This document shows, piece by piece, positions 28,377 through 37,570 of a stretch of 64,000 bases of DNA. This stretch comes from a virus. How positions within the stretch are numbered: position 1 is the first letter of the stretch; the number at the start of each line of letters is the position of its first letter. Made by a program: the position numbers and the translations under genes. The notes below the pieces were generated by a model, which saw only the letters and a program-made list of their open reading frames with translations, searched no databases and was not told the DNA's origin. The stretch covers positions 20,250-84,249 of the IMG/VR virus record IMGVR_UViG_3300044697_000029; one strand, given 5' to 3'.

Positions 28377-28787
28377 TCATGCCACGCTCCGCGTTTGACG
28401 CGATGCGGGTCGGTAGGTCGTCATCTGTAACCGGCGTCGCTCATGATCGCCCCCTTCCCTCAGCGGCAACGCGGACCGTTCAGCGGGCGCTACGCCATCC
28501 ATGATGTTGCGCGGCAGCACAGTCCGCACCGACACGACCGCTCCGTTGCTGTTTCGGTCGTCTAACGAGATGTGCGGTGCGTAAACCGCCAGCGGGGCGG
28601 TCTGACGTTCTGTCGCGACTGCGTTCCGCGGCACGAATTGCATCTCATGGAATGCCCCATCGTCACCACGCTCGAAGACGCCTTCGCTTGTGGCGACGAA
28701 CAGCCGGTCCTTGAACACGACCATTGAGATGATCGGCACTTTGCTCGTCGCGACCAGTTCCATGTTGCGGGGCGGCTCTGCGTCCAT
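28377..28787 (-). CDS. Antisense hypothetical protein
   Basis: AAGGTG SD; IISMVVFKDRLFVATSEGVF looks like one beta-propeller blade. Confidence 0.45.
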   Translation of the reverse strand: MDAEPPRNMELVATSKVPIISMVVFKDRLFVATSEGVFERGDDGAFHEMQFVPRNAVATERQTAPLAVYAPHISLDDRNSNGAVVSVRTVLPRNIMDGVAPAERSALPLREGGDHERRRLQMTTYRPASRQTRSVA

Positions 28788-28806
28788 GTCCACACCTTGA
28801 GGTTTC

Positions 28807-29637
28807 ATGTCCGACAGTTCTACCGCAGCAGAAACGCCCGCGCCAGCGTCGGAACCGGCTCCCGCAGCCGCTGCACCGGCGCCCGAGCCTGTCGCTGCGC
28901 CGGCCACCGAGGTAACGCCCGCAGCCACCCCAGAGCCGGTCGCCGAACCGGCAGCCCCATCCCCCGAGCCGGAGCCGGCCGCAGCCGCAGGAGAGCCTGC
29001 GCCCGCCACGGTCCAGGATCCGGCCGCAGCCGAACTGGAGAAGGCGCCGGAGGCTGCCGAACCGGTCGCAGAGCCGCCGAAGCCGGAACCGCCGACCTAC
29101 ACCGATTTCAAGTTCCCGGACGGTGTGAAGGTCGCCCCCGAAGCTATGACCGCCGCAACCAAGGTGTTCGGCGAGTTCGGCCTAACCCAGGAGCAGGCGC
29201 AAAGGCTGATCGACATTCATGCCGAACAGCAGCAAGCGGCGGTTAAGCAGTTCACCACTGCGGCCACGGACTACTGGAACGCCGAGTCCAGGAAATGGGT
29301 TGCCGAGGTCGAGAAGACATTCGGCAACCAGCTCAACACCAACATAGAGCGTGCCCGCGCGGTTTGGTCCGACGTGCTGCCCAAGCAAGCCGATCGTGAC
29401 CGTCTGTTCGGCGCGCTGAACGACACCAAGATCGGCGACCACCCCATGCTGGCCCGCGCGCTGGCGGAGGTCGGCCGCCGCTTCGAGCAAATCTACCAGT
29501 TGACCGGAACCAATAGCTGGGATGCCGCGATGAGACGGCTGCGTGAACCGGCCGCGCCGCCACCTGCCCAACCTGCCCGTGCGCCTGGTGCCGCCGGGCG
29601 ACCTGCCGACCGCCGTTACAGCGGCACCCGAGCATAG
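28807..29637 (+). CDS. Capsid scaffolding protein
   Basis: Pro/Ala/Glu-rich N-terminus, YTDFKFPDG, GLTQEQAQRL, GDHP; directly before the MCP. Confidence 0.85.
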   Translation: MSDSSTAAETPAPASEPAPAAAAPAPEPVAAPATEVTPAATPEPVAEPAAPSPEPEPAAAAGEPAPATVQDPAAAELEKAPEAAEPVAEPPKPEPPTYTDFKFPDGVKVAPEAMTAATKVFGEFGLTQEQAQRLIDIHAEQQQAAVKQFTTAATDYWNAESRKWVAEVEKTFGNQLNTNIERARAVWSDVLPKQADRDRLFGALNDTKIGDHPMLARALAEVGRRFEQIYQLTGTNSWDAAMRRLREPAAPPPAQPARAPGAAGRPADRRYSGTRA

Positions 29638-29653
29638 AGAAGGAGCTTGAACG

Positions 29654-30709
29654 ATGGCCACCGGCCAATACCTGACGCTTGTCGATCTCGCGCGGCGCAC
29701 CGACCCTGACGGTGAGGCGGCGGACATTGCCGAACTGCTTTCCCAGGCCAACGAGATTTACGATGATCTCGTCTGGAAAGAAGGCAACACCAACACCGGG
29801 CACGTCTATACGATGCGGACCTCCATCCCGAAGGGCTGGTGGCGCTTCATCGGCCAGGGTGTGCCGGGCAGCAAGTCCACCACGGCGCAGGGTCGCACCA
29901 ACTGCGGCGACCTGGAAATGAACTCGACCATTGATCTCAAGCTGGTCGAAATGGCGCCGGATCAAAACCAGTTCCGCTACGATGAAGACAACGCCATCCT
30001 GGAAGGCGCCAGCCAGACTGTGGCTGGCCAGTTCTTCTATGGTAACGGCCAGACCAACCCAGCATCGTTCACCGGCCTCTCGAACTACTACAACACGCTG
30101 GAAACCTCGACGGCCGCGAACGCAGTCAACGTGTTCGACGGCGGCGGACGGTCCACTAACAATTCGTCGATCTGGCTGATTGGTTGGTCGCCGCGCTCGA
30201 TCTATGGCGTCTTCCCGCGCGGCATGAAAGCCGGCGTTGAGCTGCAGCCGCTCGATGAAGTTGTGCTGGCCTACGACAGCCTGGGCAATCCGTACCGCGC
30301 CAAGATCACATGGTTCCGGCAGATGGCTGGGCTGTGCGTCGAAGACTGGCGCTGGGGCGTCCGCATCGCCAACCTGGACGTGACCAACGCAGCGGCTGGC
30401 GGTCTGGCTGGCCCGAATGCGTATGACATCTTCGTCGGGCTGTCCAAGGCGGTGAAGCGCTTGCCGAAGATGGCGCGCGGGCAAAGCGGCATCACCGAGA
30501 CCGACGCTCGCAATGAGCGCGGGATGACGGTACGGCCGGCCATCTACTTCAACCGCACTGTCGGCGGCTTTGCTGATGTGCAAGCGATACGTGACCGCAA
30601 CGTGTTGCTCGGCCCGAGGGACTACGCTGGCGAGCCGGTCACGTCGTTCCGCGGCATTCCGATGCGCACGCAAGACCAGATTCTGTCCACCGAAACGCAG
30701 GTCACCTGA
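29654..30709 (+). CDS. Major capsid protein (BPP-1 Bbp17-like, HK97 fold)
   Basis: LTLVDLARR, IAELLSQANEI, FYGN, SIWLIGW, DWRWGVRIANLD, FRGIP; strong AAGGAG SD and biased codons. Confidence 0.95.
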   Translation: MATGQYLTLVDLARRTDPDGEAADIAELLSQANEIYDDLVWKEGNTNTGHVYTMRTSIPKGWWRFIGQGVPGSKSTTAQGRTNCGDLEMNSTIDLKLVEMAPDQNQFRYDEDNAILEGASQTVAGQFFYGNGQTNPASFTGLSNYYNTLETSTAANAVNVFDGGGRSTNNSSIWLIGWSPRSIYGVFPRGMKAGVELQPLDEVVLAYDSLGNPYRAKITWFRQMAGLCVEDWRWGVRIANLDVTNAAAGGLAGPNAYDIFVGLSKAVKRLPKMARGQSGITETDARNERGMTVRPAIYFNRTVGGFADVQAIRDRNVLLGPRDYAGEPVTSFRGIPMRTQDQILSTETQVT

Positions 30710-30848
30710 TTCCGACAACGACTGCTCGGCTCATCCCGTCCACGAAAAGAAGGTGTGGCCGAAGTCCCGTTGGATCGAGCCCCTAACCCCTGCGCCCATA
30801 ACAACCGGGTGCATATCGCTTTTCTTCCCGACCTGAAAGGGTAATGCC

Positions 30849-31382
30849 GTGGCGATCAATGACGCACAGCTCATCTTTGACAGCAACGTCTCCCTCGCCA
30901 TCGCGGCGCCGGGGCAGCCGTCCTCGGAGACCATCGACCTGATGGGAGTCGGGGTCGGGCAGGCGCCCCCGAACTACTTTGGCGTGCAGGATGCGGTGTT
31001 CGGGGAAGACCCCGGCATCGGCGACGGGGCAAGCCCGCCGGTTCTGCAAGTCATCGTCGGCACGGCGTTCGTTGCCGTGGCAGGCGCCACGCTCCGGGTG
31101 CAGTTCCAGGAATCGGTGGACAGCGGCGCCCCTGGGTACACGCCTGCCGCCTGGAAGACCGTGCTGCAGACCGATGATCTGCCGGCGTCGGTTCTGACGG
31201 CGGGCGCCAAGATCGCCGAGATGGCCATCCCGCCGCGGTATCCCGGCGCTGCGTTCCCCCGCTATCTGCGGCTGAACTACCTTTTGAATGTCGGTGGTTC
31301 GAGCTTCAGCGCGGGCACGATCGCGATCGCGAACATCGTCACGGGCCGCGACGACACCCCTGCGTATCCCGCCGGTTACTGA
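30849..31382 (+). CDS. Bbp16-like capsid cement protein
   Basis: IND.QLIF, SETIDL and RYLRLNY motifs; follows the MCP. Confidence 0.85.
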   Translation: MAINDAQLIFDSNVSLAIAAPGQPSSETIDLMGVGVGQAPPNYFGVQDAVFGEDPGIGDGASPPVLQVIVGTAFVAVAGATLRVQFQESVDSGAPGYTPAAWKTVLQTDDLPASVLTAGAKIAEMAIPPRYPGAAFPRYLRLNYLLNVGGSSFSAGTIAIANIVTGRDDTPAYPAGY

Positions 31383-31528
31383 TCCCGCTTACGGGTGGGA
31401 GACACCTGAGAGCCGCACGCAGGCGGCTTCGAGTCCGGGCCTCGCTATCCGTCGCTGCCCGTAGGGCTTGGAGGCGGCGGTGTGCGGAAACCCAGTCTCC
31501 CGGCAACCGTACGCGGGAAAGGCCCGGA
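31383..31528 (+). ncRNA. Candidate structured RNA element with possible pseudoknot
   Basis: Nested complementary segments fill the intergenic region; no known family recognised. Confidence 0.4.
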
Positions 31529-31555
31529 ACTGCGCAATATCACAAGGATAACGTA

Positions 31556-32527
31556 ATGGCACGTAACCCACGCCTCACGCTGAGCGGTCCGGCCGGCAGC
31601 GAGCAGGACAATGATGGTTGGACTCCGAGCGACGAAGAGCTTGGCGTCGGCGAAGAGACCGAAGCAGAGCGTAAGGCGGAAGAGGCTGCGCGCATCACAG
31701 CGGCTATGGCTGATCCAGTCATCGCCACGGCCATTGATCAGTTGGTGCAACAACGCGTCACCGAACTCGCAGCCTCACCCCAGACGGCGCCGACCGGCGT
31801 TGATTTCATCGCTGCCATACGCGTGCTGGCGCAGGAAATGGCCACTGCCATCAATCGCAGTACCGCGGCGACGGTGGAGCAAATCCCCGGCCACGTGAAG
31901 CCGATCCCGGCCGAAGAGGTCGAGAAGCGCGCGGCGGCGTGGGTCGAATTGCAGAGCCAGTTGATCGAGGTGTCACGACGCTACGCGGCGGCGATCGAGC
32001 GGAAAAACCAATACGAGGCCGAGCGGGAAACCCCGATCTACTGGCTGGGCGAGGATTTCTATGGTCCGGGTGAAGTCGGCAACGAGGTGTATGTGCGGGG
32101 CGAAACCATTCGCTGGTTTGGCGTTCCTGGCATCTACATGGAGCCGCGCAACGATATCGCCAACCGGCTTTGCGAGTTGGCCTGGACCTATCTCGGCAAC
32201 GAAGGCGCCCCGACGCCAGAGCAACTGGCGGACAAGGCACAACAGATGATGAAGCCGAGCGCACCAGGCTCGCCGCTGCCGGAACTGGCGTCGCTCTTGT
32301 CTGCGCGCGGCCAGCGGCGCCCGATGGCGTCCCGTGTTTCGGAGATGGGCATCGCCGAACGCCAACCGGATGGGATTGTGGGTACGGTGGTGAAGGTGAC
32401 CCGTGGCGGCTTCGGCCACGGCATCGTCACGGACGGTCCAGGGCTGGCGCAGCACAGCATCGGGCCACGTACAGGACCGCATCCGGTTCGCGGGGCGGCG
32501 CTTGCTGACGCTGGCGCGGCGCTCTGA
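31556..32527 (+). CDS. Hypothetical phage protein
   Basis: AAGGA SD; 323-aa ORF in the structural operon. Confidence 0.8.
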   Translation: MARNPRLTLSGPAGSEQDNDGWTPSDEELGVGEETEAERKAEEAARITAAMADPVIATAIDQLVQQRVTELAASPQTAPTGVDFIAAIRVLAQEMATAINRSTAATVEQIPGHVKPIPAEEVEKRAAAWVELQSQLIEVSRRYAAAIERKNQYEAERETPIYWLGEDFYGPGEVGNEVYVRGETIRWFGVPGIYMEPRNDIANRLCELAWTYLGNEGAPTPEQLADKAQQMMKPSAPGSPLPELASLLSARGQRRPMASRVSEMGIAERQPDGIVGTVVKVTRGGFGHGIVTDGPGLAQHSIGPRTGPHPVRGAALADAGAAL

Positions 32528-32530
32528 CGC

Positions 32531-32965
32531 ATGGGCGTTCCAGTCGCCAACATCCAGACGCCGGCCGCGAACGATCTCGCAAACGCCGTTGTCCAATCAG
32601 GGCTGAATGGCGCCAATCCAGCGTTTGCTGGAACAGGTGTATCCTCAGTCTTCTCCGCGTGGGGATCATTCAACGCCCTGCTGTGGGCGAGCGGCGGCCC
32701 GAACGGCAACTGGAACGCGACGATCCAGCTTGAACGGTCGTTTGACGGCGGCACGACGTGGCTGGTGTGTGGCGTCGGAGGAGCTGGCCAGCAGGCGATC
32801 TACCAAAGTTCCGGCACCGGCCAGGACATCTCGTTCGTCGTGAGTGAGCCGGAATCCGGCGTTTTGTATCGCTGGCATTGCACCGCCTACTCGTCCGGCA
32901 CGATCAACTATCGCTTCTCAACCACTAGCCCGGCGCCGTTGGCGTGGGGCATCGCTCCCCGATGA
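32531..32965 (+). CDS. Probable beta-sandwich structural protein
   Basis: ATIQLERSFDGGTTW and EPESGVLYR..CTAYSSGT motifs. Confidence 0.75.
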   Translation: MGVPVANIQTPAANDLANAVVQSGLNGANPAFAGTGVSSVFSAWGSFNALLWASGGPNGNWNATIQLERSFDGGTTWLVCGVGGAGQQAIYQSSGTGQDISFVVSEPESGVLYRWHCTAYSSGTINYRFSTTSPAPLAWGIAPR

Positions 32966-32975
32966 GGCACAGCAC

Positions 32976-34403
32976 ATGAAGTTCCGCACCAAACTGCTCG
33001 GCGCTATTGGGCTGCTCGCTGTCATTGGCGTTGCCGGCGCGCACAGCCAAGGACTCCAGTACTACACCACTCTAAGCGGCAGCGAAGGCATCGCCGATCA
33101 GCTCAATCCGACCGGCGCCAGCTTCACCTCGGGTCTGGTGCATGCAACGTCGCAGGGCGTCAACGCTCAGACGGGGACCAGCTACACGGTCCTCGGCACG
33201 ACTGGCATTCCCCAATCTGGGGCCGCGCCGACCGGCGACATGGGCAAACTGGTCACGTTCAGCAACACAGGCGCAGTGGCGGTCTCGCTGCCACAGGCTG
33301 GTACGGCTGGATTTGAGGCGGGGAAATGGCTTGACGCTGAGAATCTGAACAGCGGCGCCGTCACGATCACGCCGACGACTTCGACCATCAACGGCGCTTC
33401 CACGCTGGTTCTCGATCAGAACAGGGGCGTCCGCATCTATTCGGACGGCACGAACTGGCAGATCATGGCTGGTGGTGGCGGGCTGCTCGGCACGCCGCTC
33501 ACGGTGCCTGAAGGAGGTACCGGCGCGGCGACGTTCACCGCACATGGTGTCCTGATCGGAGAAGGCGCTACCCCGATTGTGGCAGCGAGCGTTGGCGCAA
33601 CTGGCACCATACTGGCCGGCACGTCGGGCGCCGATCCGGCATTCACGGCGACCCCATCCGGCCTGACCTCGATCGAAGCGACCACGCTCAATGCCGGCCT
33701 CGCCACCGGCACTGCCGGCACAGTCGCGGTGTTTCCCGGCACGACGACGACCGGTAAGACGACTTTCACTGCGACGGCCAACAGCGGCAACACAACCACC
33801 AACATCAACACCGCCGCCCAGGCTGGCGCGCGCACCTACACCGTGCCGGATCAGGGCGGCAACGCCACCTTCCAGATGACGGGCGGCACCGTCAGTTCAA
33901 CGACCGGCATGACGGTGACTCCGCTGCCGCTGGTCAACATGAAGACCGTCGCCGGCCTTCAGATGACCGGCTCGGCGTCAAGCACGAACTGGGGCCTCGT
34001 CTATACTCCCGCCACCGGGAACTACCTGACCGGCACAGCGACCTCATCCGGCTCGACCTCCAACGTTGCTTCCTACGACATCGTGTTGCCGGCGAACTAT
34101 ATCGCCGGAACCAACATAACGCTGAAGGTTGCCTGCTATTACACGAACTCGTCCTCGACGGCCTCGGTCCATACAATGGCTGCGGCGGCCTATCTCAACG
34201 ATCCGGTTCTCGGCACGCAGGGATCGACGCTCATCGCTACATCGGCACAGACCTGTCCGATCACGACCGCAACCGCGCAGACCTTCACGATCACTGGCAC
34301 GTCGCTGGTCCCGGGATCCTACCTGACGCTCACCTTCTCGGCCGCGGTGACGAACGGCGGCGGCGCATCAACCGAGTTCCTGACTGCGGCGAACATCAAC
34401 TGA
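32976..34403 (+). CDS. Fibre/decoration-like protein with N-terminal signal peptide
   Basis: MKFRTKLLGAIGLLAVIGVAGAHS-Q; Thr/Gly-rich; fibre-like motifs SDGTNW and VPEGGTGA. Confidence 0.8.
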   Translation: MKFRTKLLGAIGLLAVIGVAGAHSQGLQYYTTLSGSEGIADQLNPTGASFTSGLVHATSQGVNAQTGTSYTVLGTTGIPQSGAAPTGDMGKLVTFSNTGAVAVSLPQAGTAGFEAGKWLDAENLNSGAVTITPTTSTINGASTLVLDQNRGVRIYSDGTNWQIMAGGGGLLGTPLTVPEGGTGAATFTAHGVLIGEGATPIVAASVGATGTILAGTSGADPAFTATPSGLTSIEATTLNAGLATGTAGTVAVFPGTTTTGKTTFTATANSGNTTTNINTAAQAGARTYTVPDQGGNATFQMTGGTVSSTTGMTVTPLPLVNMKTVAGLQMTGSASSTNWGLVYTPATGNYLTGTATSSGSTSNVASYDIVLPANYIAGTNITLKVACYYTNSSSTASVHTMAAAAYLNDPVLGTQGSTLIATSAQTCPITTATAQTFTITGTSLVPGSYLTLTFSAAVTNGGGASTEFLTAANIN

Positions 34404-34426
34404 GCCATCACGGAGAACCCCATCCC

Positions 34427-35704
34427 ATGAAGAACCTCTCGCTCGGCGCGGCTTGGCTGATCCTGGCCGGGGGCGTTGCCTTCGGGCAACTCCCGACGCC
34501 TTCTCAGGTGCAGAATATCGGGCCGGCTGACCTGTTCCAGGACATTCCGAACGGCGTCCCGCAGCCGGCCAGCCAGTACGCCAACGCGCTTCTGCTCGGC
34601 AACTACGCCGCGACGCAGCCGGGCAACAATGATGAGAACGACGTGGTCGGTGGCGACTTCGGACAGAACTTGTTCCAGGACGGAACGTCAGTCGGCACGA
34701 TCACGACGACGGCCACCTATGTGGCTGATCAGTTTTTCGCATTCTCCGGCACCAGCACGACGATCGGCGGCGCGCAGGAAACCGGCGCAGCCGATATCCC
34801 ACCCGGCTATACAGCATCCCTGCGGATCACTCGTACCGGCTCCGGTGTCATTCAGGCCTGTGTCGGCACGATCATTCCGTCGGCCAACGTTACCCGCTAC
34901 CAAGGTCAGACGCTGGAGGTGGACGCCCACGCCCTCGCTGGCGCCGGGTTTTCCGCGGCATCGTCCAATCTGACGTTTGTCCAGGTGCAGGGCACTGGCA
35001 CAAACGACAGCGCGGCGAACTTCGCCAAGACGGTCAACGGCGCGCTCAGCGGCACAGCGTGGGCCGGCGCGGTGGTCAATTCTGTCAACGTGCCGATCAG
35101 CACAAGCTTTGGCCGCTACAGCGTTGCCTTCCCGGTGGCGTCAACCACAACCGAGATGGGCGCGGCCTGGTGTTGGACGCCGGTCGGCGCTTCCCCGAGC
35201 AACGATTATTTCGAGTTCACTGGCGCGCAGATGACGCCGAACTCGGCCTTGGCCACGGTCGCAGGCACAACGGGTGGTGCACTCTCACCCAATGACCGCC
35301 GCGCAAAATCCTTTTTGCGGCGTCCGATCGCGGTAGAAACCGCGCTGGAGTTGTCATTTTACTGGCGTCAGAACGAGCCTGCATCCGGCGCTGGTGTTGC
35401 AGGCGTTTACGGCACCTGCCAAGGCACCTCGACCAACACGGTGGCGAATTGCTTCATGCAGTTCCCTGTGGCCATGTTCAAAGTGCCGACGCTTTCCTAC
35501 ACCGCCGGCACAATCGCGATGACCGCGACCTCGACTGCGGCAGCGGAAGCAGTGAGCGGCCTTGTCATCCCGACCAACGGCGCGACGCTTTATGGTGCAA
35601 GCCTCACTGCCACATCGTCATCGGTCGCAGAAGGCGGGTTTGGATACCTGGAGTCGGGCAACTCGACCGGCGGCGGCAAGATCGCGTTCTCGGCGCGGTT
35701 CTGA
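34427..35704 (+). CDS. Fibre/carbohydrate-binding-like protein with N-terminal signal peptide
   Basis: MKNLSLGAAWLILAGGVAFG-Q; N.VVGGDF...Q, RRP..VE....FYW and FPVAMFKVPT motifs typical of phage fibre tips. Confidence 0.8.
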   Translation: MKNLSLGAAWLILAGGVAFGQLPTPSQVQNIGPADLFQDIPNGVPQPASQYANALLLGNYAATQPGNNDENDVVGGDFGQNLFQDGTSVGTITTTATYVADQFFAFSGTSTTIGGAQETGAADIPPGYTASLRITRTGSGVIQACVGTIIPSANVTRYQGQTLEVDAHALAGAGFSAASSNLTFVQVQGTGTNDSAANFAKTVNGALSGTAWAGAVVNSVNVPISTSFGRYSVAFPVASTTTEMGAAWCWTPVGASPSNDYFEFTGAQMTPNSALATVAGTTGGALSPNDRRAKSFLRRPIAVETALELSFYWRQNEPASGAGVAGVYGTCQGTSTNTVANCFMQFPVAMFKVPTLSYTAGTIAMTATSTAAAEAVSGLVIPTNGATLYGASLTATSSSVAEGGFGYLESGNSTGGGKIAFSARF

Positions 35705-35853
35705 TGGACCACGTTCCGGTCGGCGCTCTCCCCGAGGCAAGGAGCGCCGACACACCACCCGTCATGGCGGCCGACGACGTGAAGACGATCAAGCGCCGGA
35801 TGGACGAAATCCGCGCTGAGGAAGAGGCGTGGCGCGCAAAGCCCGCAAGCTGA
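35704..35853 (+). CDS. Small hypothetical protein
   Basis: TGATG coupling. Confidence 0.45.
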   Translation: MDHVPVGALPEARSADTPPVMAADDVKTIKRRMDEIRAEEEAWRAKPAS

Positions 35854-36053
35854 CGGCCGCACGGCGCCCGACGTTCTGCGGAACGTGGGAGTGCGAGTGC
35901 GCGGTATGCGTCGAACACCAGCAGTTGCGCGTGACCGCGCAATTCAATCCGGCGATGCCTCTGCGCCTGAGCGCGATGACGTTTCTCGGCGCGATGGACC
36001 GCATCCACGAAGGAGCCTACGGCGGCGTTGCGATCGAGCAGTTGTTCGACTGA
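35829..36053 (+). CDS. Small Cys-rich hypothetical protein
   Basis: CGTWECECAVC; stop overlaps the next ATG. Confidence 0.45.
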   Translation: MARKARKLTAARRPTFCGTWECECAVCVEHQQLRVTAQFNPAMPLRLSAMTFLGAMDRIHEGAYGGVAIEQLFD

Positions 36054-36400
36054 TGCGCCCCATTCCCACTTCGGTGCGCGTTGGCTACCGGACGTACACG
36101 ATCGAGGATTGGCCGACCAAGCACGCCACTTCGGCCAACCGCTACGGCGAGGTTGCACACGGACCACGGGTCATTCGTGTCGATACAACACACGGCGCCT
36201 TGCAGGCCGCAGAAACTCTTCTGCATGAAATCATGCACTGCATCTGCGTTATGTGGTGTCGTGACGATGATGCGGCCGAGGAGAAAACGGTAAGCATCAT
36301 GTCAACTGGGCTGGCCACTGTGTGGCATGATAACCCAGACGTGATGGCATGGATCACTGAGGGCATTGCGGAGGGTCGCGCAAATGCCTGCATTTCTTGA
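36053..36400 (+). CDS. HExxH zinc-metallopeptidase-like protein
   Basis: ETLLHEIMH...EE motif. Confidence 0.7.
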   Translation: MRPIPTSVRVGYRTYTIEDWPTKHATSANRYGEVAHGPRVIRVDTTHGALQAAETLLHEIMHCICVMWCRDDDAAEEKTVSIMSTGLATVWHDNPDVMAWITEGIAEGRANACIS

Positions 36401-36596
36401 AAATAAACTGGAGCGTGAGGCTGCGGCGAAGGGTCTCAAGGGCAAAGCGGCGGCGCGGTACACGTTCGGCACGCTCAATAACATTGGCGCAATGAAGGGG
36501 TCTGCCGAGACCGCCAAGGGCGCCGAGATGCAGCGCAAGCACGATGAGAAAGTCGAGAGTGCCGCAGACCGCCGGTATCGTCGGCGGAAGACATGA
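36384..36596 (+). CDS. Small basic protein with C-terminal SAADRRY
   Basis: GGAGG SD; Lys/Arg-rich. Confidence 0.75.
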   Translation: MPAFLENKLEREAAAKGLKGKAAARYTFGTLNNIGAMKGSAETAKGAEMQRKHDEKVESAADRRYRRRKT

Positions 36597-36672
36597 TGGC
36601 GCTCCGGGTCTGCCCTTAATGTGGAGTTCCCACTTGGGATAACCGGCCCGCCGCCGCAGCAGAGAGAATACG

Positions 36673-36960
36673 ATGCCATCCCTGACAATTCAAGACGCAG
36701 CACGGAGGCCAACGATGGCGCGGGCGCACAGGTATGTTCCCAAGAAGGATTTCCATCCAGGGGGGCAGAAGGGAAAGCTCCACCGCGAGCTTGGTGTTCC
36801 AGTCGATCAGCCGATTGGCGCCGCACGCATTGAGGCGGCGACGCATTCCAAGAACCCCGAAATTCGCCGTGACGCGATCCGCGCCCAGACGATGGCAGGA
36901 TGGCATCACGGCAGCAGCAAGCCCCGAGCCGCCGATCGTCGCTACGCCGGCCACAAGTGA
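36673..36960 (+). CDS. Small basic protein with C-terminal RAADRRY
   Basis: KGKLHRELGVP...I motif; alternative start 36715 with GGAGG SD. Confidence 0.75.
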   Translation: MPSLTIQDAARRPTMARAHRYVPKKDFHPGGQKGKLHRELGVPVDQPIGAARIEAATHSKNPEIRRDAIRAQTMAGWHHGSSKPRAADRRYAGHK

Positions 36961-36972
36961 AGGATAGAACCG

Positions 36973-37566
36973 ATGCCCGATGGAATGATGAGCGCGGCCC
37001 AGCGGCGTTATGCCAAGGAAAGGCCCGGCGAGAAGCGTGAGGAAAAGCCGGGCCAGGAAGGCGGTCGCGAGAAGCCGACCGAACCGCGCCGGGAAGAGCG
37101 CCGCGAGGAACGCCGGGGCGAGGATCGCCATGAGCGTCGCGAGGCCCGCGGTCGCGGTCGCGAGTCCGAAGGCATGAAGGCGATGCTGGAACGGCACAAC
37201 GACGAGCACGCCGAACGCGAGAAGAGGCAGGAAGGCGAGCGCCGCGACATGCACATGCGGCATCGCGAAGCCCACCGCGACATGGCGAAGCGCCACACCG
37301 AAGAACGGATGGGCATCAGGTCGCACGCCGAGATGATGGCTGTTCATCGCCGGCACGAACACGAGAAACGCGCCCTCCATCATACCCATCACGAAGAAAT
37401 GGGGCTGCTCCATCATCGGCATGAAAACGAGACCGCAATGATGCACGCCAGACACGAAGCGGAGATGGCTGGCGCCCCGGATGCTGCGGCTGCGGTCGAA
37501 GGCGCGACGCCGGCCGGTCCTGGTGGCGCAGCGGCTCCCGAGGGTCCGCAGGGCGCCGGGGTATAG
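36973..37566 (+). CDS. His/Glu/Arg-rich protein with 11-residue repeats and N-terminal SAAQRRY
   Basis: AAGGA SD; RHxxE recurring every 11 aa. Confidence 0.8.
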   Translation: MPDGMMSAAQRRYAKERPGEKREEKPGQEGGREKPTEPRREERREERRGEDRHERREARGRGRESEGMKAMLERHNDEHAEREKRQEGERRDMHMRHREAHRDMAKRHTEERMGIRSHAEMMAVHRRHEHEKRALHHTHHEEMGLLHHRHENETAMMHARHEAEMAGAPDAAAAVEGATPAGPGGAAAPEGPQGAGV

Positions 37567-37570
37567 GGCC

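Noticed and set aside
31404-31512. Hammerhead, TPP or cobalamin riboswitch
   Set aside because: CTGAGAG, GAAAC and CCCGGCAACCGT only partly resemble these cores; the required order and other conserved blocks are missing.
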